Source: Candidatus Doudnabacteria bacterium
GTDB taxonomy: Bacteria > Patescibacteriota > Doudnabacteria > UBA920 > VMFF01
NCBI GenBank assembly: GCA_028286905.1
Contig: JAQBQP010000002.1
Location: 1 to 54,970 of the forward strand
Direction of reading: 5' to 3'
DNA: 54,970 nucleotides
The notes beneath the pieces are model-generated. The model was not told the origin of the DNA. It worked only from the letters and a program-made list of their open reading frames with translations, and did not search any database. Numbering within the stretch: position 1 is the first letter of the stretch; the number at the start of each line of letters is the position of its first letter. Both the position numbers and the translations under genes were made by a program. This document shows, piece after piece, positions 1-7,845 of the stretch.

Positions 1-78
1 GGAGATAGTCCTATGAAGTTTGTGGATTTATTCACGCTTCGGACAATGGTCGACTTCTACTCGTTCTTTGAACAGTAG
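1..78 (+). CDS. C-terminal fragment of an ORF entering from the left edge (...MVDFYSFFEQ*)
   Basis: Frame 1 is open from base 1 to TAG at 76-78. Too short to assign a function. Confidence 0.2.
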   Translation, partial: GDSPMKFVDLFTLRTMVDFYSFFEQ

Positions 79-136
79 ATTGCCCTTATTGTGCTATGAC
101 GTAACATTTCTATCATTGTTCGTTTGAATTAGAAAC

Positions 137-166
137 TCCTTACTGGAAACGGTAAGGAGTTTTTTT
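137..166 (+). terminator. Intrinsic terminator hairpin (CTCCTTAC / GTAAGGAG) plus U-tract; part of the 47-nt repeat 132-178
   Basis: 8-bp stem followed by TTTTTTT. A near-identical copy lies at 3483-3528. Confidence 0.7.
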
Positions 167-174
167 GTTATGTT
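166..174 (+). promoter_or_regulatory. Extended -10 promoter TGtTATGTT abutting the terminator U-tract
   Basis: TG-n-TATGTT motif with the same architecture as the modules at 786-794, 10388-10396 and 13516-13524. Confidence 0.4.
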
Positions 175-180
175 AGACAC

Positions 181-285
181 AAATCAAGTAGAATCCACCA
201 GCAACTATGGAGATTTTCAGTAGGAGAAAGACTAACGTGTTCGTCTAGAAGGCCGGAGACAGTAATGTTGATGGCCTTTCTCTTT
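181..285 (+). ncRNA. Candidate ~105-nt small RNA between the extended -10 promoter and a family-1 hairpin terminator
   Basis: Promoter at 166-174 and terminator at 249-285. Bases 190-250 resemble 3430-3478. Only a 13-codon ORF is present. Confidence 0.3.
249..285 (+). terminator. Family-1 structured hairpin terminator (AAGGCCG-GA-GAC-AGTAAT-GTT-GA-TGGCCTT + TTTCTCTTT)
   Basis: Stem with a tandem GA/GA internal loop. Differences from the other copies are G-U compatible. Confidence 0.65.
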
Positions 286-329
286 ATCTATAGTATTCTG
301 CTATGCTATAAGTAATTAAACTTCTTTTT

Positions 330-710
330 ATGTATGGCATACCATTTTTATTTCTCATTATATTTTTAATTGTTTTTATCCAAGCAGTGCGCAAGAAAAT
401 GTTTGCTACAACTGGCAGCTCTATCATATTTGCTTTTTCATACGCATTACCTTTATCGGGAGCGATTCTATTTTTTTTAACAGGCTTGGGCATGTTTGCG
501 AAATTACAAAGCAAGGCCGCATTAATTGGTGGGGTAATGTATGTCTCCGGAATAATTTTATTCGTAATAAGTAATAAGATTAAACAAAAGTATTCCTCAC
601 AAAATGCGAATATTCAAGTACAGGATTTTAATTTAGGCAAGGTTTTATTTTTAGGTGCCTTACCGTTTCTGGTTATGGTAAGCATAATATTGCTTATGCT
701 GTCGGTATAG
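330..710 (+). CDS. Small multi-pass membrane protein
   Basis: 126-aa ORF with several hydrophobic segments. No recognisable motif. Confidence 0.5.
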   Translation: MYGIPFLFLIIFLIVFIQAVRKKMFATTGSSIIFAFSYALPLSGAILFFLTGLGMFAKLQSKAALIGGVMYVSGIILFVISNKIKQKYSSQNANIQVQDFNLGKVLFLGALPFLVMVSIILLMLSV

Positions 711-763
711 TTGGTATTATCGGTACGTTAGGTCGCATTAATTCCTGAGTATAGAGAAACAAG

Positions 764-800
764 AATCGCTTAACAGGCGGTTTTTTGTTATGCTTAATTT
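764..800 (+). promoter_or_regulatory. Composite terminator + extended -10 promoter (TGtTATGCT, 786-794) placed 6 nt before the ATG at 801 (leaderless start)
   Basis: Hairpin at 764-782, U-tract, then TG-n-TATGCT. The -10 ends at 794 and the ATG is at 801. Confidence 0.55.
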
Positions 801-1163
801 ATGAACAGAGAACTGGGAGGCTACAATCCAGAAGAGGTGCCAGAACCGGAGCCAACTAAAGAATCGAAAGATTTAGCTACTTTGGACAGGTTTGTATTGA
901 TGATACAAAAAAACGACTTAGGAGCGTACAGTTATATGAAATCTCATAAGATGGAGATAAACACTCAGAATAGTGATGGTGTAACTCCGTTAATCGCAGC
1001 AATACAAAACAAAAATTTCTCGATGTTTAGTTTTTTAGTAAATGAAAAAAAGATTGATTTTCACGCAACAGATAAAGACGGACACACCCCTCTTTGGCAT
1101 GCAATGAAAAGTGAAGACGGTTCTTATAAAATGACTTTAAAAGTCTTTGGAGCCAAGAGCTAA
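801..1163 (+). CDS. Ankyrin-repeat protein
   Basis: Two ANK-like repeats (DGVTPLIAAIQNKN... and DKDGHTPLWHAM). Confidence 0.7.
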   Translation: MNRELGGYNPEEVPEPEPTKESKDLATLDRFVLMIQKNDLGAYSYMKSHKMEINTQNSDGVTPLIAAIQNKNFSMFSFLVNEKKIDFHATDKDGHTPLWHAMKSEDGSYKMTLKVFGAKS

Positions 1164-1166
1164 TTT

Positions 1167-1895
1167 ATGTCTCAATCAGAAATTTTAAAAAGAGCGACCA
1201 ATCCAAAGCAATACGATTCTCAAGATTTAGAATGGAGCCTTGAAGCATCAATGGAATCTCCTAGGACACAGTTTCTTTGGGAATACTTAAGAGGTTATGT
1301 TACCGAATGGAAAGGTAAAAGAGTTCTAGATATTGGTTCAGGGGACGGCTGGTTACTTGCTCAGGCACTTATGGCTGGAGCAAGTTGTGCTATTGGGGTA
1401 GAACCTTCAACACACAATGTGGCATTATCTAAGAAATTAAATCCGGATATAGAAGTTTTTGAAACAAGTTTTGAGGAATATCAAATAATAAAAAATAGCG
1501 CTGATATTGCGCTTGGAATTCTGTCTTTTTCACATATCAAAAATCTGCAAGAGGTATTAGTAAAAATCGAAGATATCTTATCAGTGAACGGTGAGTTATT
1601 TTTAATAGTTCCAGACTTTATTCATTTTAAAAAACCTAGAAGGAAGTACAAGATAGAATTTGAAGACTTAAGCGCAGAAGAATACGTTGTCTCAATAACT
1701 CGTCCTAGCGGAACTATCGCTGACATTGTTAGAACCAATTCTATTTATGTTGAGGCTGCAAAGAAAGCAGGCTTAGATTTAGTAGAGGTTATCCCGATGC
1801 TACCTACAGAAAAATTTATGACGCAATACTCGGATTTAAGAGAGTTTGAAGGGCATCCTATAATGCAGTTACTTCGATTTAGAAAGAGTGTATAA
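1167..1895 (+). CDS. Class I SAM-dependent methyltransferase
   Basis: Motif I VLDIGSGDGW and a Rossmann-like pattern. Confidence 0.75.
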   Translation: MSQSEILKRATNPKQYDSQDLEWSLEASMESPRTQFLWEYLRGYVTEWKGKRVLDIGSGDGWLLAQALMAGASCAIGVEPSTHNVALSKKLNPDIEVFETSFEEYQIIKNSADIALGILSFSHIKNLQEVLVKIEDILSVNGELFLIVPDFIHFKKPRRKYKIEFEDLSAEEYVVSITRPSGTIADIVRTNSIYVEAAKKAGLDLVEVIPMLPTEKFMTQYSDLREFEGHPIMQLLRFRKSV

Positions 1896-1947
1896 TATCC
1901 TTACAATCAAATTAATATCCGTTTTCCTATAGGTACGTCAGGTCTGG

Positions 1948-1992
1948 ACACCTCCATTGTAAGGAGAAAAGCATCTCAAAAGAGGTGTTTTT
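1948..1992 (+). terminator. Terminator-like hairpin (ACACCTC ... GAGGTGT, long loop) + TTTTTATTTT
   Basis: 7-bp stem and a 27-nt loop, followed by a T-tract. Preceded by the ACGTCAGGTC box at 1935-1944. Confidence 0.4.
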
Positions 1993-1998
1993 ATTTTG

Positions 1999-2027
1999 TT
2001 GACATAAGCTCCTAAATCTCGTATAAT
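1999..2027 (+). promoter_or_regulatory. Perfect consensus sigma70 promoter TTGACA-N17-TATAAT (island 1)
   Basis: TTGACA at 1999-2004, a 17-nt spacer and TATAAT at 2022-2027. Confidence 0.75.
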
Positions 2028-2101
2028 TGTGAATCCTGTTAAAAAGTCTCGACATGAAGTCGAGCGCTTGGTTCGCCAAGTTCTGAAACAGGTAAGGGAT
2101 T

Positions 2102-2671
2102 ATGCTTCGCGAGAACATTCTGTTGTGGAAAAATCATGACCGACCTTGGGCAACCACCGGGGTGATGTTCGTGGAAGTTGACGGAGAATGGAAAGCCGAG
2201 ATTTCACGTGCTTGTGCGGTAACCAGCAAAGGAAAAGGGTGCCTAGACATTCGTCTGAGTTTTCCAAAGCCCTCACCCGGCCGCCCTTTCTACTCTCGTT
2301 TCGAGTCGCTCAGCGAGGGGGGGCGTAAGTATTGGACCCACTACATGAACGAGCTGCAGCAGCGGGCAACCGCAGCTGCGCAGCAAAAGTTGTCAGGCAT
2401 TCTTCGGACGGAGCGAGCGCGAGTAAGCTGTGTGGGAAGCCAAGGCGAAACTTTCCACTACGAGATTGTCTTCTCCGCTAAACCCAGGGAGAATCTCTCT
2501 GACACGGCGATGAAGCTGTTCGTTCTAGCTCTGCAGGCTTTGGGTGTAGAGGACTGGTCCAAAGTGCCTGAGCCCAAGGCTGATTACCGCTTGGTCATGG
2601 AAGAGCAAGATAGAAAAAAGTTGGCACGATTCGCGAAGGATTTGGCGAAGAAGCACTACCCAGTTCGATAA
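2102..2671 (+). CDS. GC-rich orphan protein, 189 aa (island 1)
   Basis: Long ORF in ~60% GC DNA with a purine-rich SD (AAGGGA) 4 nt upstream. The 5' UTR has two hairpins, one with a UUCG loop (2067-2080). No motif recognised. Confidence 0.55.
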   Translation: MLRENILLWKNHDRPWATTGVMFVEVDGEWKAEISRACAVTSKGKGCLDIRLSFPKPSPGRPFYSRFESLSEGGRKYWTHYMNELQQRATAAAQQKLSGILRTERARVSCVGSQGETFHYEIVFSAKPRENLSDTAMKLFVLALQALGVEDWSKVPEPKADYRLVMEEQDRKKLARFAKDLAKKHYPVR

Positions 2672-2695
2672 ATCACCTCTAACAGCCGAGGGTTC

Positions 2696-3016
2696 ATGGA
2701 GTGCGCCATATGCTACAAGGGTGAAGGGCATTGGGCGCACTGTCCCTTGCACCCTGACAACGTTCGGAAAAGGGATGGTCGCTGTCGGCTGTGTTGGGAG
2801 TTTGTCCATTCACCCGCCTGTCCGTCGGTGGTGGGTGATGGTTCTCCCGAGAAGCAAGAGTGGATTAATTTTTATCTCGCTTCTCTCAATGACACCGCCC
2901 TTCCTGAATCCCGGCTGCTACCTCCCGATGTGAGGCAGTGTGCGATGGCGCTGGGTGCTGTACACGGTGTTGAGAAAACACAGTCGGATTCCGACGGGGA
3001 GGGGCTGTGTAGTTAA
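2696..3016 (+). CDS. GC-rich Cys/His-rich small protein, 106 aa (possible zinc-binding)
   Basis: CxxC...HxxHC...CxxC...C pattern in the first 45 aa. SD GAGGG. Lies 24 nt after the previous ORF. Confidence 0.5.
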   Translation: MECAICYKGEGHWAHCPLHPDNVRKRDGRCRLCWEFVHSPACPSVVGDGSPEKQEWINFYLASLNDTALPESRLLPPDVRQCAMALGAVHGVEKTQSDSDGEGLCS

Positions 3017-3032
3017 GGAGGATGTTGTAGTT

Positions 3033-3089
3033 GCGCTTAAATGCGCGCGAAGGGGCCGGAGACAGAAATGTCGACGGCCTTTTCTCTTT
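3033..3089 (+). terminator. Family-1 3' module: GCGC hairpin + GGCCGGAGACAGAAATGTCGACGGCC hairpin + TTTTCTCTTT
   Basis: Same module as at 6834-6887 and 15367-15405. Confidence 0.7.
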
Positions 3090-3099
3090 GTGCATTTCT

Positions 3100-3108
3100 T
3101 GGTATGCT
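3100..3108 (+). promoter_or_regulatory. Extended -10 promoter TGgTATGCT driving gcRNA-A
   Basis: Identical TTGGTATGCTCTTA box at 6893-6906. Confidence 0.45.
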
Positions 3109-3114
3109 CTTAAC

Positions 3115-3404
3115 AACCCAACATGGAGGAGGTATGCCACCTCTGGCTGTACGGCTCTAAAGGCACACGCATGCGGCCCACCCTGAGCCTGAAAACAAAA
3201 GGGTGAAGAGTCCTAGATTCCGACAAGGAATTGAGACGCCGCGTCCACAGAATCCCGCGCTCGTTAGTATGCGTCATCGGACGGCAAAGGCGAGACAGGC
3301 AGGGGCTACTCTGGGAATTCAGCTCCACTGGGAAATACTGCTAACGGAGGAAGTTGTAATCGTAGGAGGGATTAGCGCACAGCATTTAGGTGCGCTTTTC
3401 TTTT
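3115..3404 (+). ncRNA. gcRNA-A: ~290-nt GC-rich non-coding RNA candidate with its own promoter and terminator
   Basis: Bounded by the extended -10 promoter and the family-2 terminator. Many local hairpins (e.g. GAGGT/ACCTC). The only ORF over 30 codons, 3203..3421 on the ORF track, reads through the family-2 terminator; the other plus-strand ORFs are of about 27 codons or fewer. Confidence 0.45.
3374..3404 (+). terminator. Family-2 terminator (AGCGCAC ... GTGCGCT + TTTTCTTTT)
   Basis: 7-bp GC stem followed by a T-tract. A second copy lies at 6953-6977. Confidence 0.7.
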
Positions 3405-3487
3405 ACCCAAACTTGTCCTAGAATATCTACAGAATCATCCACAACTAATCTTTCAGTAAGAAACGTCAGGTCGCAACACCCAGAAAC

Positions 3488-3516
3488 TCCCTATTGGAAA
3501 TGGTAAGGAGTTTTTT
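3488..3516 (+). terminator. Terminator hairpin, copy 2 of the 47-nt repeat (3483-3528), followed by TGtTATGTT
   Basis: Near-identical to 132-178. Confidence 0.6.
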
Positions 3517-3584
3517 GTTATGTTAGACTTAATTCGTTTAAAAGGTAATTTTATTGCTATACTATAGACAATTAATTTATTCAA

Positions 3585-5537
3585 ATGAAAAAAATTCTTT
3601 TCATGGTGTTAATGCTGCTGACTACAACTTTGTTCAGCACTGCAAATATTGCTCGCGCAGCCTCTTTACAAATATTAACCTCTACAGCTCCGAACGCTAC
3701 AGTGGGACAAGCCTACTCAACTCAGCTGCAAGTAAGTGGTGGAACGGCTCCATACACTTGGTCAACTCTTTCTACCACATACCCCTCTGGGTGCTGTATT
3801 ATGGGCATAGATTCAACAGGTGTTTTAAACACTCAGAGCAGCGCAACTGTTTTGGCTCCTAGTGGAACTTATTCTTGGAATGTTCAGGTAACTGATGCCA
3901 TTGGAAATACCGGCACCGGTGTCATTTACTTAACCGTAAATTCTGCAACTACCCCAACTTTGATTGTTAGTGATAGCGTCGTTTCTTTTAACTACACTCA
4001 AGGCGGTTCAGCCCCTACACAGTATCCGGCGCACATTAGTAACAGCTCAAACAGTCAAACTATCAATTACACAATTTCTGTACCTAACCAACCAGCGTGG
4101 TTAAACACTAGCTACACCACCTACAGTTTGCCGTTAAATCCTCTACAAACTGCTGGAGTAGGAATTTCAGTTAATCCTGTCGGATTAGCTCCGGGCAATT
4201 ATAGTACAAATATTTACTTCAGTGGGAATTTCTCAAATTCACCGGCAAGTATTACTGTTAATTTAACTGTTACTGGCGCTACATCCGTCTGTTCAATTAA
4301 TTCCTTTACCCCAAGCGCAACCTCATTAACTACGGGGCAAGCCGTTACTCTTAACTGGTCTACCCAGGGTTGTAATACTTTGAGGTTGGTTTCTACTAAC
4401 GTGGATAAAAATATTTTTACAACGCCGCTTAGCTCTAATTTATCAGGCTCAGCCACAACTTCTGTTTTTTCGACCCCTGGCACATATTATTACCGCTTGG
4501 CCGCCTCTCCAAGAAATACATCTGACTTTCTAGAAGTATCAACCACGCCAGGAGATGTTAAGCAGGATTTAAGTTTTGTCGTCACCGCTGCCCCAACTAA
4601 CTTATTACTAATAACAACCAACTCCTTACCTAACGGAACCGTGGGGATGCCTTATGCTGCGGATGTTAATTTTTCTTATTCCGGCAATGGATGCGTATCT
4701 GGGTACTTAAGTTATTTGCCTGCTGGTCTGTACGTTGGTAATCCGACATCAAGCCCGCTGACTGTAAATTGTTCTTCGGGAAGTCATAGCTTCCGGATAC
4801 TAGGCACGCCAGTCACCGGAGGTGCAACGAGCCCTAACGCTACAATAACCATATCACTTACTGATAATTTGGGTAATATGAATTCTAAAACCATTCCTAT
4901 TAAAATTGATAATAATCAGCCGTATGAGGTGGCTAATGGGCCAGTTTCTTCGGGCAAGAACGTAATTTATAATGGAACGGTCTATTATATAGACGGTTTT
5001 ACTAGAAAACCTTACACATCTGCCGGTGCTTTCCTATCCTACAGCTTTAATTCTTGGAGCACTGTGAGTGCAGCAACGAGTTCAGACATGGCATTGCCTT
5101 TGGCAACCTATACTCCTAACGGTAGTGCAGTCTCAACAACCGCTTTTGTTTTGCCGAGAAATGGAACCTTAATAAATGACAAGGGTACAATATATCTTAT
5201 TTCGAATGGCTTGCGGATGGGTTTTGCTAACGCAAGCGCATTCCTAAATTTTGGTTATTCTTTCTCCAATGCAGCTCCCGGAGATACATCATTTATGGTT
5301 ACCTTGCCTCCCATTAATTCCAGTAATCAGGCGCATCCTAATGGTACACTTGTTCGAGAAAGCAACGGAACCATCTCGGTAATTCGTGATGGCTACAGGC
5401 AGGGTGTTCCAGGAATGGACAAATTCTCCTCTTGGGGGCTCAAGGTTGAAGAGTTGGTTCCTGCGAACTCATATGATATTGCTTTGCCAATCACCACACA
5501 ATTGCAGACTCGTATGTCTAACCAATTTGATATTTAA
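3585..5537 (+). CDS. Secreted surface protein with Ig-like repeats and a C-terminal repeat domain
   Basis: Signal peptide MKKILFMVLMLL...ARAAS. Contains a GQAYSTQLQVSGGTAPYTW Ig-like motif and a CSINSF...LNWSTQGC domain also seen in 45734..48001. The C-terminal NGT(L/I)..(D/E).GTIY repeats are shared with 27832..29532 and 29624..30388. Confidence 0.8.
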   Translation: MKKILFMVLMLLTTTLFSTANIARAASLQILTSTAPNATVGQAYSTQLQVSGGTAPYTWSTLSTTYPSGCCIMGIDSTGVLNTQSSATVLAPSGTYSWNVQVTDAIGNTGTGVIYLTVNSATTPTLIVSDSVVSFNYTQGGSAPTQYPAHISNSSNSQTINYTISVPNQPAWLNTSYTTYSLPLNPLQTAGVGISVNPVGLAPGNYSTNIYFSGNFSNSPASITVNLTVTGATSVCSINSFTPSATSLTTGQAVTLNWSTQGCNTLRLVSTNVDKNIFTTPLSSNLSGSATTSVFSTPGTYYYRLAASPRNTSDFLEVSTTPGDVKQDLSFVVTAAPTNLLLITTNSLPNGTVGMPYAADVNFSYSGNGCVSGYLSYLPAGLYVGNPTSSPLTVNCSSGSHSFRILGTPVTGGATSPNATITISLTDNLGNMNSKTIPIKIDNNQPYEVANGPVSSGKNVIYNGTVYYIDGFTRKPYTSAGAFLSYSFNSWSTVSAATSSDMALPLATYTPNGSAVSTTAFVLPRNGTLINDKGTIYLISNGLRMGFANASAFLNFGYSFSNAAPGDTSFMVTLPPINSSNQAHPNGTLVRESNGTISVIRDGYRQGVPGMDKFSSWGLKVEELVPANSYDIALPITTQLQTRMSNQFDI

Positions 5538-5564
5538 AATTTCCTCTTAGTTTCTAGTCGCGAA

Positions 5565-5601
5565 AAGGCCGGAGACAGTAATGTCGACGGCCTTTTCTTT
5601 T
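5565..5601 (+). terminator. Family-1 hairpin terminator after an AT-rich host gene
   Basis: AAGGCCGGAGACAGTAATGTCGACGGCCTT followed by TTCTTTT. Confidence 0.7.
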
Positions 5602-5611
5602 GCCCAAAAGA

Positions 5612-5620
5612 TGGTAATAT
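5612..5620 (+). promoter_or_regulatory. Extended -10 promoter TGgTAATAT for the VOC gene
   Basis: TG-n-TAATAT located 27 nt before the ATG at 5647. Confidence 0.4.
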
Positions 5621-5646
5621 ACCAATACAATTATTCATAAATACCT

Positions 5647-6021
5647 ATGAACGCACCATCATATTTTGAAATTCAAGTTGAGGATACTCAACGAGCCGTT
5701 AATTTCTACCAAGAAATTTTTGGTTGGAAGTTTACGAAAGACGAAAATATTCCGATTGAGTATTGGCGGATAGAAACAGAGGGCGCAAGGGGAGGTTTGT
5801 TAAAACGTCCTGTCTCAAAGCCTACTCCGTCAGGTACCAACGCTTTCGTTTGCTCCATGGAAGTAAAAGGTTTTGACTCCGTTAGTGAAAAAATTCTTCA
5901 ACTAGGGGGCCAAATAGCTTTGCCAAAATTCGCAGTAATGGGTGTTTGTTGGCAGGGGTATTTTTTGGACACCGAAGGCAATACATTCGGATTATTTGAA
6001 CCAGACTTGCAAGCTAAATAA
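5647..6021 (+). CDS. VOC (glyoxalase/bleomycin-resistance) family protein
   Basis: N-terminal FEIQVED...AVNFYQEIFGW and C-terminal GYFLDTEGNTFGLFE signatures. Confidence 0.75.
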   Translation: MNAPSYFEIQVEDTQRAVNFYQEIFGWKFTKDENIPIEYWRIETEGARGGLLKRPVSKPTPSGTNAFVCSMEVKGFDSVSEKILQLGGQIALPKFAVMGVCWQGYFLDTEGNTFGLFEPDLQAK

Positions 6022-6099
6022 TTTTTGTGAAAGACCGAATTGTCGCTTGTTAAAAGCGAAGGGAGTTACATTTGGAGCAAAGACGTTCGCTATTGTGTT

Positions 6100-6128
6100 T
6101 TGACGGAGATCCGAGCTTGTGGTATTCT
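6100..6128 (+). promoter_or_regulatory. Promoter TTGACG-N17(TGg)-TATTCT (island 2)
   Basis: -35 at 6100-6105 and extended -10 at 6120-6128. Confidence 0.6.
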
Positions 6129-6200
6129 CGAGCTATCTCCTGAGGTGGCTTCTGTCCGGGTCACGTGACCTGATCAGACTCACCTTTTCAGGAGAGCTCC

Positions 6201-6764
6201 ATGCTTATTGTAGAATCCAAGCGCCGAGTTCAAGTGCGGACTCGTGTCATGCAGATCCTAGTACGTGAGATGTCTTCTCGTCCTGCGAATGCTGTAACTA
6301 GAAATGTTACTGTTTGGGTATCACCCGATGTGCTAGTGAATTTGGGTGGATATGGTGATCTGCAGGAGTGGGTGTTCGAGGTGCGAACGCTCAGCTTCTT
6401 TTGGGAACTGATAAGAAAAGGTTTTGCGCCCACGGGGTGTTCTCCCGACCTTAATATTCTGGTGCTTTCCGAGGCGATCGAAAACAAACTTGTTCTCACC
6501 TTTGATTGGGAGGTGCGGGATGCTGCTGGGTATAGGAGAGTCGGCGAGGCTCAGGCACCCGGCTCCTACGGAATCTTTGCAAGCCAAAGAGGGGAACTTC
6601 TTCTCTATAAGAGGGTAACGGCAGGGTTGTCGGAAGCATTGCAACGGCGTCTCAATGAAAAAGCCCGAGCAGTGCGCGAAGCTTTGAACCGGGAAAATGT
6701 TGCGGAGGCGTTGTGTCAGCTGAAACATCTTGAGCTTGCTATTGATGCGGTCCCTCTGGAATAA
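6201..6764 (+). CDS. GC-rich orphan protein, 187 aa (island 2)
   Basis: SD AGGAG 6 nt upstream of the start. The C-terminus looks coiled-coil-like. No motif recognised. Confidence 0.5.
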   Translation: MLIVESKRRVQVRTRVMQILVREMSSRPANAVTRNVTVWVSPDVLVNLGGYGDLQEWVFEVRTLSFFWELIRKGFAPTGCSPDLNILVLSEAIENKLVLTFDWEVRDAAGYRRVGEAQAPGSYGIFASQRGELLLYKRVTAGLSEALQRRLNEKARAVREALNRENVAEALCQLKHLELAIDAVPLE

Positions 6765-6833
6765 GGGAGCGCCTAGGCGGCGTAGAAATAACAGCTGAAG
6801 GGCCGAGTTCAGTTCAGGAGGATTGAAGAGTTT

Positions 6834-6887
6834 GCGCTTTGCGCGCGAAAAGGCCGGAGACAGAAATGTCGACGGCCTTTTCTCTTT
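6834..6887 (+). terminator. Family-1 3' module (GCGC hairpin + GGCCGGAGAC...GTCGACGGCC hairpin + T-tract)
   Basis: Near-identical to 3033-3089. Confidence 0.7.
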
Positions 6888-6893
6888 GTGCGT

Positions 6894-6902
6894 TGGTATG
6901 CT
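6894..6902 (+). promoter_or_regulatory. Extended -10 promoter TGgTATGCT
   Basis: Same box as 3100-3108. Confidence 0.45.
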
Positions 6903-6908
6903 CTTAGG

Positions 6909-6977
6909 TTTCGTTAGTAACTGAGACGTTCTAAAGGCATGTATGAGGGATTAGCGCACATGGTGCGCTTTTCTTTT
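6909..6977 (+). ncRNA. gcRNA-A': ~70-nt internally deleted derivative of gcRNA-A
   Basis: Shares the TATGCTCTTA start, the TCTAAAGGCA box (6930-6939 versus 3156-3165) and the GAGGGATTAGCGCAC...GGTGCGCTTTTCTTTTA 3' end. About 215 nt of the centre is missing. Confidence 0.4.
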
Positions 6978-6989
6978 ATCCAAATAGTA

Positions 6990-7018
6990 TTGACACTCAA
7001 TGTTCGAAATGGTAGCAT
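6990..7018 (+). promoter_or_regulatory. Promoter TTGACA-N17(TGg)-TAGCAT driving gcRNA-B
   Basis: -35 at 6990-6995 and -10 at 7013-7018. Confidence 0.6.
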
Positions 7019-7024
7019 ACTCTA

Positions 7025-7455
7025 TAGTTTCGCAGGGCACTGGTATCTTGGTGCTCGCACCCCACATTAATATGGTGCTGCCATATCACTCGTGATTTAC
7101 CAAAGGTTTGAGACGCTGCAGAGTTTGCACCTCGCTCAGACTTGCGTTTGGAGAGCCTGACTCTCTAGTGCGGGTAGTTTTTTGTAGGAAGGAGGAAACG
7201 TTACACAGAAACAGTCTGGAATTAGAAAAGCTTGGGTTCGACTCCCTCGCGCTGGTCTTACTGGAAGTTCCTACTGCGTAGGATAGGTTGGGAGACTTTG
7301 AAGCCTTGCTCCGGCAAGTGCTGAGTCGCGGATGAAATACCACCCTGTAGGGGCTGACCCCATTGTTGCTTACGAAGAGCAATGGTTCAGAGGATTCTGT
7401 GTAACCTTCTTCCTTCGCGCGGAACCATCATCTTGGTTCCGCGCGTTTCTTTTTT
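7025..7455 (+). ncRNA. gcRNA-B: ~430-nt GC-rich non-coding RNA candidate
   Basis: Has its own promoter and a family-3 terminator. No plus-strand ORF respects the terminator. Contains a T-loop-like GGTTCGACTCC at 7235-7245. Confidence 0.45.
7417..7455 (+). terminator. Family-3 terminator (GCGCGGAACCA / TGGTTCCGCGC + T-tract)
   Basis: 11-bp stem. Other copies lie at 11673-11709 and 13021-13059. Confidence 0.75.
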
Positions 7456-7477
7456 CTAAACACTTAAATCCGTGGGT

Positions 7478-7831
7478 TTATCGAGAAGTAGACTCCAATT
7501 CAGGTATTGGCATTTCTTCAAGTAGAACTATCTCGCAATTTTCCGCCCAGTGTAGGTGATGATGATCTTTAACCATTTGCAAAGCTTCGTCCATTGTATT
7601 GGCTTGCAAAATTGACATGCCAATAACATCACTATCGCTCTTTGTGATGTTATCTTTTGTGACGCGCATAGCATTACCAAGAGGCTTCCCTGGATCAACC
7701 AATCCAGGTCCAACTTTCTTGGCCCAGTCAGTCCAAAGTTGCATACCTTTCATTGCTTCCTCTGGTGTTGCTTGAGCGAATCGTTGCGCCACTGTTAGAG
7801 GCGCGCGATATAAAACAATATATCTTTGCAT
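7478..7831 (-). CDS. Conserved hypothetical protein (possibly dimeric alpha/beta-barrel, YCII-like)
   Basis: 117-aa ORF with AT-rich host-like composition. The fold suggestion is weak. Confidence 0.5.
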   Translation of the reverse strand: MQRYIVLYRAPLTVAQRFAQATPEEAMKGMQLWTDWAKKVGPGLVDPGKPLGNAMRVTKDNITKSDSDVIGMSILQANTMDEALQMVKDHHHLHWAENCEIVLLEEMPIPELESTSR

Positions 7832-7845
7832 TTTAATCTCTCCTT

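Noticed and set aside
7235-7245. T-loop-like GGTTCGACTCC in gcRNA-B as a second tRNA-like module.
   Set aside because: Only 3 bp of flanking T-stem can form, and no acceptor partner for the downstream 7 nt exists nearby.
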